Both the position numbers and the translations under genes were made by a program. A model generated the notes under the pieces. It did not search any database. It was not told where the DNA came from and saw nothing but the letters and a program-made list of their open reading frames with translations. A stretch of DNA of 64,000 nt from Casimicrobiaceae bacterium (lineage in GTDB: Bacteria > Pseudomonadota > Gammaproteobacteria > Burkholderiales > Casimicrobiaceae): NCBI GenBank assembly GCA_036270955.1, contig DATBBM010000142.1:1440-65439 (forward strand), written 5' to 3'. Positions 1-9,071 of this stretch are shown piece by piece (the first letter of the stretch is position 1; every line of letters begins with the position of its first letter).

Positions 1-2
1 AT

Positions 3-626
3 TACGATGCGGCGTGCATCGATGCCGCGGCGCTGGGCATCACCGTCTGCGCCGCGGCCGGCGACCATGGTTCGAGCGACACCGACCCGCCGGGAAAGCG
101 TGCGATGGTGGATTTTCCCGCGTCGTCTCCGCACGTTCTTGGGTGCGGCGCCACGCGCCTTCAGGCGAGCGGCGCCGCGATCGTCGCAGAGACCGTGTGG
201 AACACCCACGACGGCTGGGCGACCGGTGGCGGCGTCAGCGAGATTTTTTCGCTGCCCGACTATCAGAAACACGCCGGTGTGCCGAAGTCGGCGAACAAGG
301 GCGGCAAGGCGGGCCGCGGCGTGCCCGATGTCGCCGGCAACGGCGACAGCGAAACCGGCTACCGGATTCTGGTCGACGGCGTCCAGCAAGTGGTCGGCGG
401 CACCAGCGCGGTCGCACCACTGTGGGCTGGCCTGATTGCGCGTCTGAACCAGGCGAAGAAAACGCGCCTGGGATTCGTGCACGGCAAGCTTTACGCGCTC
501 CCTGCAGGGAAGGGCTTGCGCGACATCACGGTCGGCGACAACGGTGCGTACAAGGCGAAGGCGGGGTGGGACGCGTGCACCGGTCTCGGCGCTCCCGACG
601 GCGAAGCGCTGCGCAAGGCGCTGTAA
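3..626 (+). CDS. S53 (sedolisin/kumamolisin-type) serine peptidase, C-terminal part; 5' end lies outside the window
   Basis: The frame is open from position 3 with no stop. It carries AAAGDHGSSD and the catalytic-serine GGTSAVAPLWAG motif typical of sedolisins. Confidence 0.8.
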   Translation, partial: YDAACIDAAALGITVCAAAGDHGSSDTDPPGKRAMVDFPASSPHVLGCGATRLQASGAAIVAETVWNTHDGWATGGGVSEIFSLPDYQKHAGVPKSANKGGKAGRGVPDVAGNGDSETGYRILVDGVQQVVGGTSAVAPLWAGLIARLNQAKKTRLGFVHGKLYALPAGKGLRDITVGDNGAYKAKAGWDACTGLGAPDGEALRKAL

Positions 627-645
627 TCGAGCCTTGGCGTCGCCG

Positions 646-1647
646 TCACTCCACCCGCATGCCAGCGAGCCTGGCCACATCGGACCAGCGCACGACGGCC
701 GCCTTGAGCTCGGCGCCGAATTGCTCGGGTGTGCTCGACATCGCCTCGCTGCCCATGGTCAGAAATTGTGCCCGCACGTCGGGTTGTTGCACGATGCGGG
801 CTAGCTCGCCGTGCAGCCGCTCGATGATTTCCGGAGGTGTGCCTGCGGGCGCCAGCACGCAATTCCACGAGCTGACCGCGAAGTCCTTGTAGCCCAGCTC
901 CGCCACGGTCGGTACATCCGGCCAGTTGGTCGCGCGCTTCGCGGTCGCCACCGCCAGTGCCCTCAGCTGCCCGCTGCGCAGGAACGACTCGACGGCGCCG
1001 ATAAAACTGAAGTACACCGGAACGATTCCCGAGACGACGTCGTTCAACGCCTGTCCGCCGTTGGTGTACGGGACATGCAGCAGCTCGATGCCGGTCCGCT
1101 GCTGCAGCATTATCGCGGCGAGATGCTGCGAGCTGCCGACCCCCGGAGTCGAGTAAGCGATCTTGCCGGGAGCTTTGCGCGCCAGCGCGATAAGCTCGTC
1201 GAGGGTCTGCACGTTCAGCGCGGGATTGACGACGATCATCATTGGCGGCTCGCTGATCTTGCTGATCGGGGCGAATGCGGCGATCGGATCGACCGCGCGC
1301 GCTCCGATCGTGCTCGGCAGGATGGTAATGAACGAGCCGGTAAGGAGCAGCGTGTAGCCGTCGGGCGCAGCCTTCGCGACGGTCTCGCTGCCGATGTTGC
1401 CCGACGCGCCGGGGCGATTGTCGACCACGACCGGCTGCCCCACGGCTTCAGCGAGCTTGGCCGCGACGATGCGTCCGGTCAAATCGAGCTGCGTCCCGGC
1501 CGCGAACGGAACGACGATCCTGATCGGCCGGTTTGGATAGTCACCCGCGCCGGCCGCGTCCGCAGCGAGGGTCAGGCCGACGCCACAGACAAGCACAAGC
1601 AGCGTCGGCAGCGGACGCCGCGGCGGCAAGCTAGGCAACGCGAACAT
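646..1647 (-). CDS. Bug family (TctC-like) tripartite tricarboxylate transporter substrate-binding protein, copy 1
   Basis: Signal peptide, then the PIRIVVPFAAG...DNRPGASGNIG...APDGYTLL motifs of the Bug/TctC family. Its start overlaps the stop of the upstream ATP-grasp gene by 17 nt. Confidence 0.9.
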   Translation of the reverse strand: MFALPSLPPRRPLPTLLVLVCGVGLTLAADAAGAGDYPNRPIRIVVPFAAGTQLDLTGRIVAAKLAEAVGQPVVVDNRPGASGNIGSETVAKAAPDGYTLLLTGSFITILPSTIGARAVDPIAAFAPISKISEPPMMIVVNPALNVQTLDELIALARKAPGKIAYSTPGVGSSQHLAAIMLQQRTGIELLHVPYTNGGQALNDVVSGIVPVYFSFIGAVESFLRSGQLRALAVATAKRATNWPDVPTVAELGYKDFAVSSWNCVLAPAGTPPEIIERLHGELARIVQQPDVRAQFLTMGSEAMSSTPEQFGAELKAAVVRWSDVARLAGMRVE

Positions 1648-2812
1648 GCGGCTCCCTTTTATCCTTGCGGAGCTGCCGGACGGCGATAGCTGTCAAAGCC
1701 CGCGCCAGTTCGGGCTCGTCCCAGGGTACATCGACCGGGAAGCGCCTGAGAAACGGACTTTCCGGATCGCGTATCCACTCTTGCGGAAAATGCGCACAAA
1801 AATGCTCTTCACCCACGGCGAGTTGGTCGCGCGGCGCAGCAGTGCCGTGCATCGCGGCATAGAGCGCGGCTCCGGCACCGACGTTCATTCGAGCGCCGCG
1901 ATGCGTGCCGTGCGAGATGCGCCGGTTGATCTCGAGCAGATACGGCTCGCCACCCGCCGGGTCGACGATGAATTCGGGCGAAAAGATTCCGGTGAGGCCA
2001 AAGCCAGCGGCGAGCTTTGCCGTGGCGGCATGCATCTGCGGCGAGCGAAAATAGCGTACGGCGCTGGTCGGGCCCTTGCGTTCGCCTTCGATTTTCTCCA
2101 CCGCAACTCCCGATACCAGCGCGCCGCGCCAGGCCACGGCCGTGTAGAAATGGATTGTACCGGCGACAAACTCCTGAAGCACAATCTGGCCGGCCGCCAG
2201 GTCGTCGAGATCGAGCACAGGCATTCTTGCCAGTCGCGTGAATTCACGATCGAGCATCGCTTGCTCGGAACATATGGCGACGCCTTCTCCCGCCGTCGAA
2301 TGACTGCGCTTGAGCACGAGCGGAAAGCCGTGGGTCGCTATGAATTGCCTGGCTTCGCCAAGAGTGGTGACGACGATGGACGCGGGCACGCGCAATCCGA
2401 GCGCTGCCGCCGCGGGCCCGATCGTCGTCTTGTCGATGCTGGCCCGATAGAACGCCGGATCGCCAAGCGAATCGACAATGAGCGCGGCCAGCTGCAGGTG
2501 CAGCGTGGGAAGCAGCATCGATGGCGGCGATAGTGCGAGCAGCATCAGCAACCGCAACGCGGTGTCGTCGCACGGCAACACCAGGCGTGGTGAAGTGGAT
2601 TCGACCATCGACACAAATGCTTCTACCCAGGCGGCGGGCGTCGCTTGGGCGGGCAGGTGGCCGATATTGACCAGAAACCGGCTTTTTTCGGCTACCGATC
2701 CCGGCGGCACGAGCAACGACACGGCAAAGCCGGCGTTGGCGAGATCGCGCGGCATGCGCGCTGCACCGAGCCATTCCGTGGCGGTTGCAACCATCAACAG
2801 CGGGGTCGGCAT
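1631..2812 (-). CDS. ATP-grasp domain protein (paralogue of 17519..18724)
   Basis: GFPLVLKRSHSTAGEGV and LLEINRRISHGTH are ATP-grasp-like motifs. I chose the ATG at 2812 (MPTPLLMVATATEW) because it aligns with the paralogue N-terminus MTTSALLVASSSNW and avoids overlapping the divergent gene at 2887. Confidence 0.8.
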   Translation of the reverse strand: MPTPLLMVATATEWLGAARMPRDLANAGFAVSLLVPPGSVAEKSRFLVNIGHLPAQATPAAWVEAFVSMVESTSPRLVLPCDDTALRLLMLLALSPPSMLLPTLHLQLAALIVDSLGDPAFYRASIDKTTIGPAAAALGLRVPASIVVTTLGEARQFIATHGFPLVLKRSHSTAGEGVAICSEQAMLDREFTRLARMPVLDLDDLAAGQIVLQEFVAGTIHFYTAVAWRGALVSGVAVEKIEGERKGPTSAVRYFRSPQMHAATAKLAAGFGLTGIFSPEFIVDPAGGEPYLLEINRRISHGTHRGARMNVGAGAALYAAMHGTAAPRDQLAVGEEHFCAHFPQEWIRDPESPFLRRFPVDVPWDEPELARALTAIAVRQLRKDKREPHVRVA

Positions 2813-2886
2813 GTCGCAGATCGAATGACGTCGCGAAGGCGAGATGGTACGCTTATCGGTGTTGCTTTCGGCGGTCAGAGGCGGCC

Positions 2887-3867
2887 ATGAAAATTGCACG
2901 ACGCATCGCCCTGTTGCTTATCGCATCGAGCGCCGTCGCAGGAGCCGGCAGCGGGGCGCGCGCGGCCGGAGACGCGCCGGCCTATTACGACGTTTCGCGC
3001 GGCGCGCATCCACACGACGTCGCTGCGACGCCGGTCGCCGGGGGCCCGGTCTATTACACTGCGCAATCGACCGGCAAGATCGGCATACTCGATCCGAAGT
3101 CGGGCAAGTTCGAGGAGATCTCCCTTGGAGCCCGCTCATCGCCGCACGGTGTGATCGTCGGGCGAGACGGTGCGGCCTGGATTACCGACGGCGGCCAGAA
3201 CGCGATCGTGCGTTTCGATCCGAAGTCGCGCGAGATCAAGGTCTGGCCGCTGCCGCGCGATGCCGGCTACGCCAACCTCAATACCGCGACGTTCGATAAG
3301 AACGGCCGCATATGGTTTACCGGGCAAAGCGGAATCTACGGACGGCTCGACCCCGCGTCAGGCGACATGCGCGTATGGAAAGCGCCGCGCGGAAGCGGAC
3401 CCTACGGCATAACGACGACGCCGGGAGGCGACGTCTACTTCGCTTCGCTCGCCGGAAACTACATCGCTCGTATCGATACGGCCAGCGGCGATGCCACGGT
3501 GATCGATCCGCCGACACCGGCGCAGGGCGCGCGCCGTGTCTGGTCGGATTCGCGCGGCCGGATTTGGGTCAGCTACTGGAACACCGGCCAGGTCGGAATG
3601 TACGACCCGGCGTCACGCAACTGGCGCGAATGGAAGCTCCCCGGGAACGCGCACGCTTATGCCGTTTGGGTCGACGACAAGGACAAGGTCTGGCTGACCG
3701 ACTGGAGCACCAATGCGATCGTTCGCTTCGATCCGATCAGCGAAAAGTTCGACAGCGTGCCCTCGGATCGCTCCGGGGCCAACGTGCGCCAGATGCTGGG
3801 CCGATCGGGCGAAGTATGGGGAGCCGAATCGGGCCTGGATCGTCTGGTGATGATTCCTGCTCCGTAA
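2887..3867 (+). CDS. Secreted Vgb (virginiamycin B lyase)-like beta-propeller repeat protein
   Basis: Signal peptide MKIARRIALLLIASSAVAGA. Repeated blades of the type G..W(F/I)T....N.I.R(F/I)D are characteristic of streptogramin-lyase-like propellers. Confidence 0.7.
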   Translation: MKIARRIALLLIASSAVAGAGSGARAAGDAPAYYDVSRGAHPHDVAATPVAGGPVYYTAQSTGKIGILDPKSGKFEEISLGARSSPHGVIVGRDGAAWITDGGQNAIVRFDPKSREIKVWPLPRDAGYANLNTATFDKNGRIWFTGQSGIYGRLDPASGDMRVWKAPRGSGPYGITTTPGGDVYFASLAGNYIARIDTASGDATVIDPPTPAQGARRVWSDSRGRIWVSYWNTGQVGMYDPASRNWREWKLPGNAHAYAVWVDDKDKVWLTDWSTNAIVRFDPISEKFDSVPSDRSGANVRQMLGRSGEVWGAESGLDRLVMIPAP

Positions 3868-4213
3868 CACGGGCGCGCGCATCACCGGCGCGGCCAGCGC
3901 ACGAAATATAGCCGCAGGCGGCGCGGGATTGCACAATTTACAGCGCCGCGAGGCTGCCGGTTGTCGCGCTGCGCGCTGGCCCCTCTGTTGGCGCCGTGGC
4001 GCTGCGCCGCTAAATACCAGCGGCAAAAGCCTTTTGTCGCTGCTGCGTCTGTCGCGTTCGTTCGGCGCGCCGAACCGTGTCGGAGGGGCGCCGACACGCC
4101 GCGGCTTGGCCCGCGAATTGCTCCTTTATAGCTGCACGCGCACGGCGCTGGCGCATACCGGGTTGGACGCATCCGCGCCGCGACCTCAATTCACGAAAGA
4201 ATCAGGAGAAGCC

Positions 4214-4879
4214 ATGAAACGTTCGATAACAAGAATCGCAGTCGCCGCCGCTCTCGGGCTCGCCACAACAGCGGCGCTCGCCGGAGAAATCATTCTCTAC
4301 GAAAACCCCGGATTTCAGGGTCGAGGGATGACGTTACGAGGAACCACACCCGACCTCGACCGAACCCAATTCAACGATCGCGCCAAATCCGTGGTCGTCC
4401 GCGACGGCGTATGGGAAGTCTGCACCGATGCGCACTTCGCGGGCCATTGCGTCCGGCTGCAGCCGGGCGAGTACGCCAATCTCGGCGGAGACCTGAGCGA
4501 TCGGATTTCATCGGCGCGCGAGATCGCGCAATATGCTCCGCCTCCGCCAGTCGCGGCCCCAAGGCCGGGGCCCGGCTCCGGTGGACCAGCGCGGGCGGTT
4601 CTTTATGAAGGCGAAGGCTTCCGTGGCCGGTCGTTCGAGGTGCAGCGCGACGTGGTGCGCAATCTCGACCGCACCAACTTCAACGATCGCGCGGCGTCGC
4701 TGCGCGTATACAGCGGCTATTGGATCTTCTGCAGCGATGCGAACTTCGAGGGCGATTGTCGCACTTTCGGGCCCGGGGACTATCCGGACCTGCCGGGCGA
4801 TTTGAATCGGCGTATTTCGTCGGGCCGCCAGATACACGATCGCTATCCGTACGGAGGCGCGCCCAACTGGGGACGATAG
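4214..4879 (+). CDS. Secreted two-domain beta/gamma-crystallin family protein
   Basis: AGGAGA RBS upstream and a signal peptide. Two homologous Greek-key domains (ILYENPGFQGR... and VLYEGEGFRGR...) each carry an FNDRA(K/A)S motif. Confidence 0.8.
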   Translation: MKRSITRIAVAAALGLATTAALAGEIILYENPGFQGRGMTLRGTTPDLDRTQFNDRAKSVVVRDGVWEVCTDAHFAGHCVRLQPGEYANLGGDLSDRISSAREIAQYAPPPPVAAPRPGPGSGGPARAVLYEGEGFRGRSFEVQRDVVRNLDRTNFNDRAASLRVYSGYWIFCSDANFEGDCRTFGPGDYPDLPGDLNRRISSGRQIHDRYPYGGAPNWGR

Positions 4880-4895
4880 AACCGAAGGAAATGCG

Positions 4896-5093
4896 ATGAG
4901 AACCACGAACGTGACGTTACCCGAACTGGCGCTGGTCGCCGCAACGCGCGGCATGGCTGGCGTCGGGGCGGGGCTGCTCGTCGCCGAGCGAATCGGCACC
5001 GAAAGACGCAAGACGCTGGGCTGGACGCTGTTCCTCATTGGCGTGCTGAGTACGATTCCGCTGGCGCTGCAGTTGTTCGGCAAGCGAACCTAG
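4896..5093 (+). CDS. Small membrane protein (hypothetical)
   Basis: GAAGGAAA RBS 17 nt after the crystallin stop. Two hydrophobic segments and GC-rich third codon positions. Confidence 0.5.
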   Translation: MRTTNVTLPELALVAATRGMAGVGAGLLVAERIGTERRKTLGWTLFLIGVLSTIPLALQLFGKRT

Positions 5094-5211
5094 CCCGGCC
5101 CGTCCGTTCCGGGTTGCAAAGCGCGACTCGAAGCGTCGCGGGTGGGGGCGTTCGTCGGCCCCGGTTGTAGAATGCGGCATTGGAGATTGGTAAGACAAAG
5201 GGGCTGCCGCG

Positions 5212-5487
5212 ATGGACACCTGCCCGCATTTCGCCCAGATCCGCGACGTGACGCCGAGCGGCAATGGGTGCGAGGAATGCCTGAAGACCGGCGACGACTG
5301 GGTGCATTTGCGTCTGTGCCTGACCTGCGGCCACGTCGGATGCTGCGACGAGTCGAGGAACAAGCATGCGACGCGGCATTTCAAGGAGACCGGGCATCCG
5401 ATGATCCAGTCGTTCGAGCCCGGCGAATCCTGGGGATGGTGTTTCGTCGACCGCGCTTTTTTCGATCAGCTGCCCGTGACGTACTGA
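5212..5487 (+). CDS. UBP-type zinc-finger domain protein
   Basis: The Cys/His pattern C..F...........C..C.........L..C..CGHVGCC......H...H...TGH matches the ZnF-UBP fold. Confidence 0.8.
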   Translation: MDTCPHFAQIRDVTPSGNGCEECLKTGDDWVHLRLCLTCGHVGCCDESRNKHATRHFKETGHPMIQSFEPGESWGWCFVDRAFFDQLPVTY

Positions 5488-5532
5488 CCTCTCGATCGCA
5501 ACGGGCCTCGCAAATCATGGCATGATGCGCCG

Positions 5533-7284
5533 ATGATTACCGGCGACATGCTGCGCTCCGTGCCGCTGCTGGCCGGCGTTTCCGACAGCGAGCTCAACAC
5601 GATTGCACGGCGAGCTGCGGATATCGCGCTGCAGAGCAATGAATGGTTGATCCAGGAAGGCGAGCTGCCGGCGTTCTTTATCGTCCTCTCCGGCCGACTG
5701 ACCGTCTACAAGTCCGTCGCCGGCGTCGAGCGGGCGATCAACGAGTGGCGCGCCGGGGACTACGGCGGCGAGCTGCCGCTGCTGCTCGGCTCGCCGACCA
5801 TCGCGAGCGTCCGGGCCGCCGAGCCTTCGCACGTCTGCCGGCTCGACGCCGCGGATTTTCGCGAGCTGATCGTTGCCTGCCCGGAGCTCAATGCGCGCCT
5901 TCTGCAGACGATGGCAACGCGAATCGAGGGGCTGCAACAACTTGCGACCGAGGCTCCGCTGGCGACGGTGACGATCATCGGCCACCGCTACGACCTCGCC
6001 TGTCACGCGCTTCGCGACTTCCTGGCGCGCAATCATGTCGCGTTTCGCTGGTACGATCCGCGCGATCCCGAGGCCCGGGCCGGGTTGGCGGCGACGCCGC
6101 AGCCGGACGAGGTCTACCCGGTGGTGATCTTTCCCGACGGAACGCGTCTGATCACGCCTTCGTTTCGCGACGTCGCCGAGCGCCTGGGATTGCAGACGGC
6201 CCCGTCGCGGCGCGAATACGATGTCGCGATCATCGGCGCCGGGCCGGCGGGTCTCGCCGCCGCCGTGTACGGCGCTTCCGAAGGTCTGTGCACGATCCTG
6301 ATCGAGCGCCAGGCGCCAGGCGGCCAGGCGGGCACATCGTCGCGAATCGAAAACTATCTTGGCTTTCCGACCGGCGTTGCCGGCGACGAGCTCGCCGCGA
6401 GGGCACTGCGCCAGGCGAAACGCTTCGGCGCCGAGATCCTGGTGGCGCGCGGCGCGACCGGCATCGACATGGCCACGCGCAATGCGACGCACGCGATCCT
6501 GCTCGAGGACGGCGAGCGCGTGCAGACACGCAGCATCGTCATCGCCACCGGCGTAGCCTGGCGGGAGCTCGATCTGCCGAACGCGGCGACGCTGGTCGGG
6601 CGGGGCCTGTATTACGGGGCCGCACGTACCGAGGCTCCGAACATGCGCGGTCTCGACATCTTCATGATCGGCGGCGGCAACTCCGCGGGGCAGGCGGCGA
6701 TGTTCTTCTCCAACTACGCGCGCACGGTGACGCTGATCGTGCGCGGCCCATCGCTCGAACGCAGCATGTCCCAATACCTGATCGACCAGCTCGCGAGCCG
6801 CCCCAACATCCGCGTCGAGTCGCGCAGCCAGGTGGTCACCCTCGAGGGAACCGATCGATTGGAGGCGATCGTCATCGAGAATCGCGCGACCGGCCGCCGC
6901 CGCCGCGAGGTGACCGAGGCGCTGTTCGTGTTCATCGGCGCCGACGCGGAGACGGCGTGGCTGCCGCAGGCGGTCATCCGCGACGGACGCGACTTCCTTT
7001 GCACCGGCCGCGACGTGATGGATCTGGTCGCAGGCCAGCAGGGTTCGTGGCCGCTGTCACGCGATCCCTATCTGCTCGAGACCAGCGTGCCCGGCGTGTT
7101 CGCCGTCGGCGACGTGCGACACGGCTCGGTCAAGCGGGTGGCTTCCGGCGTCGGCGAGGGCAGCATGGCGATCGCGTTCGTGCATCAATACCTGGCCGAT
7201 CCGCCGGAGTTCGCGGACCCCGCCGCCGACACGCCGACTCGCGCGGCGGACGCCGCCGTGCTTCCACAAGCGCTGGGAGTCTAG
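5533..7284 (+). CDS. Cyclic-nucleotide-binding domain fused to a thioredoxin-reductase-like FAD/NAD(P) oxidoreductase (no CxxC)
   Basis: N-terminal cNMP-binding domain, FAD motif DVAIIGAGPAGLAAA and NAD(P) motif MIGGGNSAGQAA. GRGLYYGAARTE occupies the position where TrxB has GRGVSACATCDG. Confidence 0.9.
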   Translation: MITGDMLRSVPLLAGVSDSELNTIARRAADIALQSNEWLIQEGELPAFFIVLSGRLTVYKSVAGVERAINEWRAGDYGGELPLLLGSPTIASVRAAEPSHVCRLDAADFRELIVACPELNARLLQTMATRIEGLQQLATEAPLATVTIIGHRYDLACHALRDFLARNHVAFRWYDPRDPEARAGLAATPQPDEVYPVVIFPDGTRLITPSFRDVAERLGLQTAPSRREYDVAIIGAGPAGLAAAVYGASEGLCTILIERQAPGGQAGTSSRIENYLGFPTGVAGDELAARALRQAKRFGAEILVARGATGIDMATRNATHAILLEDGERVQTRSIVIATGVAWRELDLPNAATLVGRGLYYGAARTEAPNMRGLDIFMIGGGNSAGQAAMFFSNYARTVTLIVRGPSLERSMSQYLIDQLASRPNIRVESRSQVVTLEGTDRLEAIVIENRATGRRRREVTEALFVFIGADAETAWLPQAVIRDGRDFLCTGRDVMDLVAGQQGSWPLSRDPYLLETSVPGVFAVGDVRHGSVKRVASGVGEGSMAIAFVHQYLADPPEFADPAADTPTRAADAAVLPQALGV

Positions 7285-7447
7285 CGGTCGATCTGAACGG
7301 CCGCGTCATCACCGCTCAGCAGGTGACGGCAGTGCTGCGGCCCGGCAACCGTCGATTGCTACGCTGGCGAATGCGCTTGCGTGCTGCTAAGCTCGTCCGG
7401 CGACGCGTTTTCGCCCGGCGCGGGCACATCGACGGCAAGCTTCCAGG

Positions 7448-8623
7448 ATGCACACCGTGGCCGGCCAAGCCCAGCGACGCCTGCAGTTCGAAGGTTGGCG
7501 ATTCATCCATCACTCGTACGCGCTGGTGGCCCAGGCGCATTGCCTGTGGCTGCTGCGTCGCGGCGACATCGACCTGCGCTTCCGGGACCTTCCCTACTAT
7601 TACCCGGAATGGAAGACGACCCGTGGTCTGGTAGCGCCCGAGGAGGAACGCGTGCTGGCCGCGCTGCGTGCTCCCGAGGCGGAGTTCCTTCCCGAGGTGA
7701 CGTTCAGCATGCGCGCGGAGGAGAGCGACTTTACCGCGGCGCGATCAGGGCGCAAGTTCGTCTTCGGGACGCCCGAATATCGGGTCCTGAGGGAGGGGCA
7801 ACGCGGCGGCATGTCGTCGGGCGCCGAGCTTCCCGACACGATCGACATCGTCACACCTTCGCATTGGTGTGTGCCTGCCTACGAGCGATTCGGCGTTCCT
7901 CCGCCGCGCATCCATGTCGTTCCGCACGGCATCGATCCGGATGTGTTCCACCCCGATGGAGCCGGTCGTGCCGCTGCGCGCGCGGCGCTGGGTGTCGAAG
8001 ACCACGAGCACGTCTTTCTGTCAGTAGGCGCGATGACGCCGAACAAGGGCATCGATCTGCTCCTTGCCGCTTTTGCGCGCGTCGTCGCCAGCGAAGCCGA
8101 CGTGCGTCTGGTGCTCAAGGGAGCGGACGGTCTGTATCCGTCGAGGGAACTCATCAATGCGGCGCTCGACGAGCTTTCTGCCGGCGCGCGAGAAGCGGTC
8201 ATCCGCCGCATGATCTACACCGGCGGCACGTATTCGAACAGCAAGATGGCCGACCTGTACCGTGCCGCGGACGTCTACGTTGCGCCGTACCGCGCCGAAG
8301 GCTTCAACCTTCCCGTCCTGGAAGCGACGGCCTGTGGCGTCCCGGTCATCTGCACTTCCGGCGGCGCCACCGATGATTTCACCGATCCGGCGTGTTGCGG
8401 ACGAATCCGGAGCGCGCTCGAGCAGGCGCGCCTGAGCGAAGACCATGTCGGCGATGCACTCGCGCCCGATTCCGAGCATTTGTTCGAGCTGATGGCGGCA
8501 GCCGCGCGTGATTGCGACGCCTGGCGCAGGATGGGCGAGCGCGGCGCCCTGAACGTTCATACTTGCTTCAGCTGGAAGGCAGTGACCGACCGTCTGGTCG
8601 GCAGCCTTTTCGCCGGCGCGTGA
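7448..8623 (+). CDS. Glycosyltransferase (GT-B fold, family 4/1-like)
   Basis: C-terminal EGFNLPVLEATACGVPVICTSGGATDDF motif typical of GT4 enzymes. Confidence 0.8.
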   Translation: MHTVAGQAQRRLQFEGWRFIHHSYALVAQAHCLWLLRRGDIDLRFRDLPYYYPEWKTTRGLVAPEEERVLAALRAPEAEFLPEVTFSMRAEESDFTAARSGRKFVFGTPEYRVLREGQRGGMSSGAELPDTIDIVTPSHWCVPAYERFGVPPPRIHVVPHGIDPDVFHPDGAGRAAARAALGVEDHEHVFLSVGAMTPNKGIDLLLAAFARVVASEADVRLVLKGADGLYPSRELINAALDELSAGAREAVIRRMIYTGGTYSNSKMADLYRAADVYVAPYRAEGFNLPVLEATACGVPVICTSGGATDDFTDPACCGRIRSALEQARLSEDHVGDALAPDSEHLFELMAAAARDCDAWRRMGERGALNVHTCFSWKAVTDRLVGSLFAGA

Positions 8624-8642
8624 ATGCGTCGACGGGGAGGCG

Positions 8643-9071
8643 TCAGTCGTCGACGATGCGCCGGCGCGCCGCCTTGAGCTCGCCGCGACGCACTTTGCTG
8701 TCGACCCGCCGTCGCTGCGAGCCGGCGGTCGGCTTCGTGGGCTTGCGCGCCCGCGGCGCAACGGCCGCGCCGTCGACCAGCCGCTGCAGGCGCGCCAGGG
8801 CGTCGGCGCGATTCTGGTCGAGGCTGCGATAACGCTGCGCTTTGATGATGACGACGCCTTCCGCGGTGATCCTCCGATCGCTGTGCGCAAGCAGCCGCGC
8901 CTTGACGGATTCGGGCAGCGTCGAGGACCGCACGTCGAAGCGCAGATGCACGGCGTTCGATACCTTGTTGACGTTCTGTCCGCCGGCGCCTTGTGCCCGC
9001 ACCGCCGTTAGCTCGACTTCATCGGGCGCGATGCGAACGCTCACGGTGCGCGCGCCACGGTCGCTAGCCAT
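8643..9071 (-). CDS. arfB: Alternative ribosome-rescue factor ArfB (peptidyl-tRNA hydrolase, GGQ class)
   Basis: RAQGAGGQNVNKVSNAVHLRFD GGQ motif and a basic C-terminal tail. An alternative GTG start at 9044 would form a GTGA overlap with the upstream stop. Confidence 0.9.
   Translation of the reverse strand: MASDRGARTVSVRIAPDEVELTAVRAQGAGGQNVNKVSNAVHLRFDVRSSTLPESVKARLLAHSDRRITAEGVVIIKAQRYRSLDQNRADALARLQRLVDGAAVAPRARKPTKPTAGSQRRRVDSKVRRGELKAARRRIVDD

Noticed and set aside
1631-2886. RiPP/graspetide-type cluster (ATP-grasp with a precursor peptide)
   Set aside because: There is no room for a precursor ORF next to either ATP-grasp gene: 74 bp upstream of copy 1, and the Bug gene directly upstream of copy 2. 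No small Thr/Ser/Asp/Glu-rich peptide ORF is evident.
5515-6774. 419-aa ORF antisense to the cNMP/TrxR-like gene
   Set aside because: It is Arg/Ala/Gly-rich and low-complexity with no recognisable motifs. It overlaps a CDS with clear FAD/NAD motifs, so it is a typical high-GC shadow ORF.
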